Source: Acidobacteriota bacterium (GTDB lineage: Bacteria > Acidobacteriota > UBA6911 > RPQK01 > JAJDTT01). From it: a DNA stretch of 64,000 nucleotides. Shown here piece by piece: positions 60,501 to 64,000 of the stretch. The translations under genes were made by a program, and so were the position numbers. Within the stretch, counting starts at the first letter, position 1. Every line of letters begins with the position of its first letter. The stretch lies in assembly GCA_965209055.1 (NCBI GenBank), contig OZ242374.1, positions 4,512,001 to 4,576,000 on the forward strand, written 5' to 3'. The notes beneath the pieces were generated by a model, which did not search any database, was not told the DNA's origin, and was given only the letters and a program-made list of their open reading frames with translations.

Positions 60501-61424
60501 TCACTCCTCCACGGCGAAGATATCCAGGTCCAGGCCCTGCCGGCTTCCGGCATCGTCCAAAATGACCTTGCGGGTGCGGGGCAGGATCTCCTCCATGGCC
60601 TCCAGGAAGAGGCGCGCCGTGGTGACGGTGGGATGGCGCCGGTATTCTCCCCACAGGCTCAGGAAGTGCTGCGACTCGCCCTGGGACCGGTCCACCACCT
60701 CCCGGCCGTAGATTCGGGCCTGCTGGAGGTTTTCCTGAGCCTGGCCGCGGGTTCGAGGCAACAATTCGCTGGCGTATCCCCGGGCCTCCTGCACGATCCG
60801 GTTCCGGTCCTCCCTGGCGTTGGCCACCTCCAGGAAAGCATCGCGGACCTGTTCGGGAGGACGGACCTGTTCCAGGGCCAGGGCGGTTACGGCCACGCCC
60901 AACGCCAAGCGGTCCGCCTCCTGCTGGAGATCCTCCCGGACACGATTCTGGATCTCGATGCGGCCCGTGGTGAGCACGTCGTCGACCCCCCGGATCGCCA
61001 CGGCTCGAGAGAGGGAACGATAGAGCAGGACCTCCAGGACCCGGGGAAGATCGCGGGATCGATACAGATACCGTCCCGGATCCTGGATGTAGTACTGAAT
61101 GGAGGCCCGGAACTGGACCAGGTTCTGGTCGCCGCTCAACAGGGAGTCGTCCTCCGTCAGGACCCGGACTCCCAAGGCCCGGTCCAGATCGGTGCCCCCG
61201 ACGGTGAGACGCTGGGCCTCATTCGTCTTCAACAGGATCACCTCTTCCAGAGGGTACGGAACCGCGTACTGCAGACCCGGTTGGATCCGCTCCGGAAGCA
61301 GCCGGCCCAACCGCAACTTCACCGCCTGCCGATCGGTGGGGACATAGTAGATCCCGGACGCCACGTACAGGGCGACCAACACGGACGACAGCAGCAGGCT
61401 GTTCCGCCGCAACCAGTTTCTCAC
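60501..61424 (-). CDS. HflK-like SPFH protein
   Basis: SGIYYV..RLG..PGLQYAVPYP; LLSGDQN; VRPPEQVRDAF; TTARLFLEAMEEILP. Confidence 0.88.
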   Translation of the reverse strand: MRNWLRRNSLLLSSVLVALYVASGIYYVPTDRQAVKLRLGRLLPERIQPGLQYAVPYPLEEVILLKTNEAQRLTVGGTDLDRALGVRVLTEDDSLLSGDQNLVQFRASIQYYIQDPGRYLYRSRDLPRVLEVLLYRSLSRAVAIRGVDDVLTTGRIEIQNRVREDLQQEADRLALGVAVTALALEQVRPPEQVRDAFLEVANAREDRNRIVQEARGYASELLPRTRGQAQENLQQARIYGREVVDRSQGESQHFLSLWGEYRRHPTVTTARLFLEAMEEILPRTRKVILDDAGSRQGLDLDIFAVEE

Positions 61425-62368
61425 CGGGCCAACCTTCCGTTACGCCCTTCGGTCAGCAACTTGAGCAACTCCGAGTCGGCCGAGAGGACCGCGGTGGTCT
61501 TGTCGTCCAGGATCCGCTGGTACGCTTCCAGCGTCCTGACCATCTGGTAGAACTCGGGATCCCGCGAATAGGCCCTTCCGTAGATCCGGGCGGCCTGCGC
61601 GTCCGCCTCGCCCCGGATGATCTCCGTCTGCTTGTAGGCCGCCGACAGCAGTTCCTCGGCCTGGCGGTCCGCCTCGGCCCGGATCTTGCGGGCCTCCTCC
61701 TCTCCTTCAGCCCGGTATTTCTTGGCGATGCGGTCCCGTTCCGCCCGCATCCGGGCATAGACGCTCTCCCGGTTCTGGGTCGGCAGGTTGATCCGCTTCA
61801 CGTCCACTGACGCGATCCGAATTCCGTAACGTTGGCGGGAGACTTCATCGCACTCGCGCGTGAGTTTCTCCATCAAGGGTTCCAGGCGCACCTGTTCCGG
61901 GTCCGTGGCCACCAGCTCGGAGAGCTCGGTCCGGCCCAGATCGGCGGAGACCGACGACCACACGATGTCGTGCAGGCGCATCTCGGCCCCGGAGCGATCC
62001 CCGACGGCCCGCAGATACCGGAGCGGCTCCTGGACCTGCCAGATCACGTAGGTCTCCACCAGGAGATTCTTCTTGTCCCGGGTCAGATACTCGGAAGGCC
62101 GGGGATTGTAGAGATGCAACCGTTTGTCGATGCGCGTGAGCCCCTGGAAGAACCATTTGAACCGGAGTCCCGCCTCCTTGTACTCGGCAACGGGGCGTCC
62201 GAACTGGGTCACCAGGACCATCTCCTCCTCGTTCACCGTGAACAGGCTCCGGTACGCCAGAATCAACAGGACCACGATCCAGAAGACCTTGCTTCGGATC
62301 ACCCTTCCGGTTCCGACCGATTGCCTGCTTTTCTCGCCGTCCGCGGGCGCCTTCACTGGGTAGTGCAT
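61421..62368 (-). CDS. HflC-like SPFH protein
   Basis: VLVTQFGRPV; LTRDKKNLLV; RMRAERDRIAKKYRAEG; YGRAYSRDPEFY..RTLEAY. Confidence 0.9.
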   Translation of the reverse strand: MHYPVKAPADGEKSRQSVGTGRVIRSKVFWIVVLLILAYRSLFTVNEEEMVLVTQFGRPVAEYKEAGLRFKWFFQGLTRIDKRLHLYNPRPSEYLTRDKKNLLVETYVIWQVQEPLRYLRAVGDRSGAEMRLHDIVWSSVSADLGRTELSELVATDPEQVRLEPLMEKLTRECDEVSRQRYGIRIASVDVKRINLPTQNRESVYARMRAERDRIAKKYRAEGEEEARKIRAEADRQAEELLSAAYKQTEIIRGEADAQAARIYGRAYSRDPEFYQMVRTLEAYQRILDDKTTAVLSADSELLKLLTEGRNGRLAR

Positions 62369-62375
62369 CTCCGGG

Positions 62376-64000
62376 TCATCTCCCACTGGCGGAGACCGCC
62401 TTCTCCAGGTCTCCCAAATTGAACACCGAGTTACGGAACAGCAGCATCTTCCGGCGTCCCGAGCTCTGGTCCAGGATGTACTTCTTTTTCCCTGCCAAAC
62501 CCGCCTCGACCGCCTCCAGGTAGACACGGATCCGGGTCGTCTCGGGCGACATGCGATACGCGCCGTAGCGCAGATCGAAGCGGCGGGACTCGCCTTCGGA
62601 ACGTTGGACCCGGGAGACCGCATAGGCCCGGGCCTGGATCTGGCGCCCCTGGGCCTCACCCGCCGCGATGGGGACCCGCTCGTTGGCGTAGGCATGAGCC
62701 TCGTTGATCATGCGGCTCTTCTGCTCCAGGGCGCTGGCCACGTCCCGGAACGCCCCCACCACCTCCAGCGCGGGATGCACGTCCTGGAGCTGGAACGCCT
62801 GGATTCGAACGCCCAAGCCCAGACGATCCGCCTCCGATCGGACCATCTCCATCGCCGCGCTCTCGATGGTGCGCCGGTCGAGGGCCAGAATCCGGTCCAG
62901 CTCCATGGTGGCCGCCACCTGGCGCAAGGCGCTCTCGCACAGGAACTGCAAGGTGGATTCCAGGCTCGAGCTGGCGAAGAGGTATTGATGGAAGTCGGCG
63001 ATGGTGTAGTGGACGACCGCGTTCACCTCCACCAGGTACTCGTCTCCCGTGAGCATGAGCGCCTCGTCTTCCCTCCGCAGATAGCGTCCCTGCCGATGCT
63101 GAATGTTCCACTCGTAGGCGGCCGGCCCCCCTTCGACCTCGGCCGCCGAGTCGGAGATCCGGAAACCCAGCTCCACGGTGCGTACCTGCGCCGGCCGGAG
63201 CCGGTGGAGGGTCTCCACGGGCCAAGGCGCCACGTAGTGAAGGCCCGATCCCAATGAACCCTCGACCAGCCGGCCCAGTCGCTGGACCACTCCCACCTCT
63301 TCGGGCGCCAGGATCCGGATCCCGGAGAGCAGGTACGCCAGGACGGCAGCCGCCCCGGCCCAACGCAGCAGGGACCCTTTGCGATGGCCTGCCCAGTGAA
63401 GGGAGTGCCTGAAGAGATGGGCTGGATTCCGATGGTGCAACCAATGGAGCACATCGTGCTGGAGATGGTGGACCTCGTGGCGGAAGTGGTGGTACCGGTG
63501 GCCCAGGTGGTGCAACCGGTGGCGAAGCCGGTGGGGAAGAAAGTCCGACGGCCGGCGATCCAGCAGCTTGAGGGAATTCATCAGGACCAGGAACGAGGAA
63601 CCCTGGTGGACGACGGCGGCGCCCACGGCGCTCAGGTACCCCCAGAAGGCGGCCATGACCGCGGCCAGGTTGAAGACCAGACCGAACCAGAAGATGTTGT
63701 CGTGAATGGTCTTGACGGCGCGGCGGCTCATGCGGATCAACGGTTTCAGGCGGTCGAGCCCCCCATCCCCGACCAGAACCACCCCCGACGCTTCGGCTGC
63801 GATGTCGGTCCCCGTGTCCCCCATGGCGATGCCGACGTGGGCGGCGGCCAGGGACGGCGAGTCGTTGACGCCGTCTCCCACCATGGCCACCCGGAGGCCC
63901 TGGAGCTTGAGATCCTCCAGCTGGGCCAGCTTCTCCTCGGGAAGCAGGCCGGCATGCACCTGGGCGATCCCCACCTCGCGGCCCACCCGAAGGGCCGCCT
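62376..64000 (-). CDS. Heavy-metal P1B-type ATPase (C-terminal part) fused via a His-rich linker to an HflK-like SPFH domain; 5' end outside the window
   Basis: LLPEEK, MVGDGVNDSPSLAAAHVGIAMG, AAVVHQGSSFLVLMNSLKLL; then 18-His linker, TM helix, EVGVVQRLG..GLHYVAPWP..LMLTGDE..DVHP..PETTRIRVYLE; frame open to the window edge. Confidence 0.88.
   Translation of the reverse strand, partial: AALRVGREVGIAQVHAGLLPEEKLAQLEDLKLQGLRVAMVGDGVNDSPSLAAAHVGIAMGDTGTDIAAEASGVVLVGDGGLDRLKPLIRMSRRAVKTIHDNIFWFGLVFNLAAVMAAFWGYLSAVGAAVVHQGSSFLVLMNSLKLLDRRPSDFLPHRLRHRLHHLGHRYHHFRHEVHHLQHDVLHWLHHRNPAHLFRHSLHWAGHRKGSLLRWAGAAAVLAYLLSGIRILAPEEVGVVQRLGRLVEGSLGSGLHYVAPWPVETLHRLRPAQVRTVELGFRISDSAAEVEGGPAAYEWNIQHRQGRYLRREDEALMLTGDEYLVEVNAVVHYTIADFHQYLFASSSLESTLQFLCESALRQVAATMELDRILALDRRTIESAAMEMVRSEADRLGLGVRIQAFQLQDVHPALEVVGAFRDVASALEQKSRMINEAHAYANERVPIAAGEAQGRQIQARAYAVSRVQRSEGESRRFDLRYGAYRMSPETTRIRVYLEAVEAGLAGKKKYILDQSSGRRKMLLFRNSVFNLGDLEKAVSASGR

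Noticed and set aside
62376-64000. ATPase-HflK fusion as an ORF-calling artefact
   Set aside because: Both domains are in one frame with no stop, joined by a patterned His linker, with no in-frame ATG between the ATPase end and the SPFH TM helix. Kept as real, pending read-level confirmation.

Overview
GC-rich bacterial chromosomal window. The gene content (24-aa LRR protein, M56-TonB sensors, DUF1501/DUF1549/DUF1553 operon, sulfatase, FG-GAP proteins) suggests an Acidobacteriota-like, possibly host-associated organism; this is inferred, not proven. Housekeeping genes: frdABCD, a sigma-70 factor, hflKC, avtA, recQ. Mobile DNA: an IS1634-like element, an intact IS110, a decayed IS1182-like element, and a low-GC relic island (44.1-48.9 kb) with integrase, GIY-YIG and M48 remnants plus one intact HEPN-like gene. 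Two main results. (1) At the right edge, a heavy-metal P1B-type ATPase is fused through an 18-His heptad-periodic linker to an HflK/SPFH domain, in an operon with extra HflC-like and HflK-like genes and a small anchored protein: a candidate metal pump built into an SPFH cage. (2) The IS110 bridge RNA can be read directly from the sequence. All four guide segments match the element ends and the insertion site, which is a REP-like palindromic repeat with two further intact copies in the window. Also seen: a BlaI locus with a visible tandem-duplication breakpoint and an M56-TonB-ExbD-like fusion. All family calls are from motif recognition only; no database search was run.
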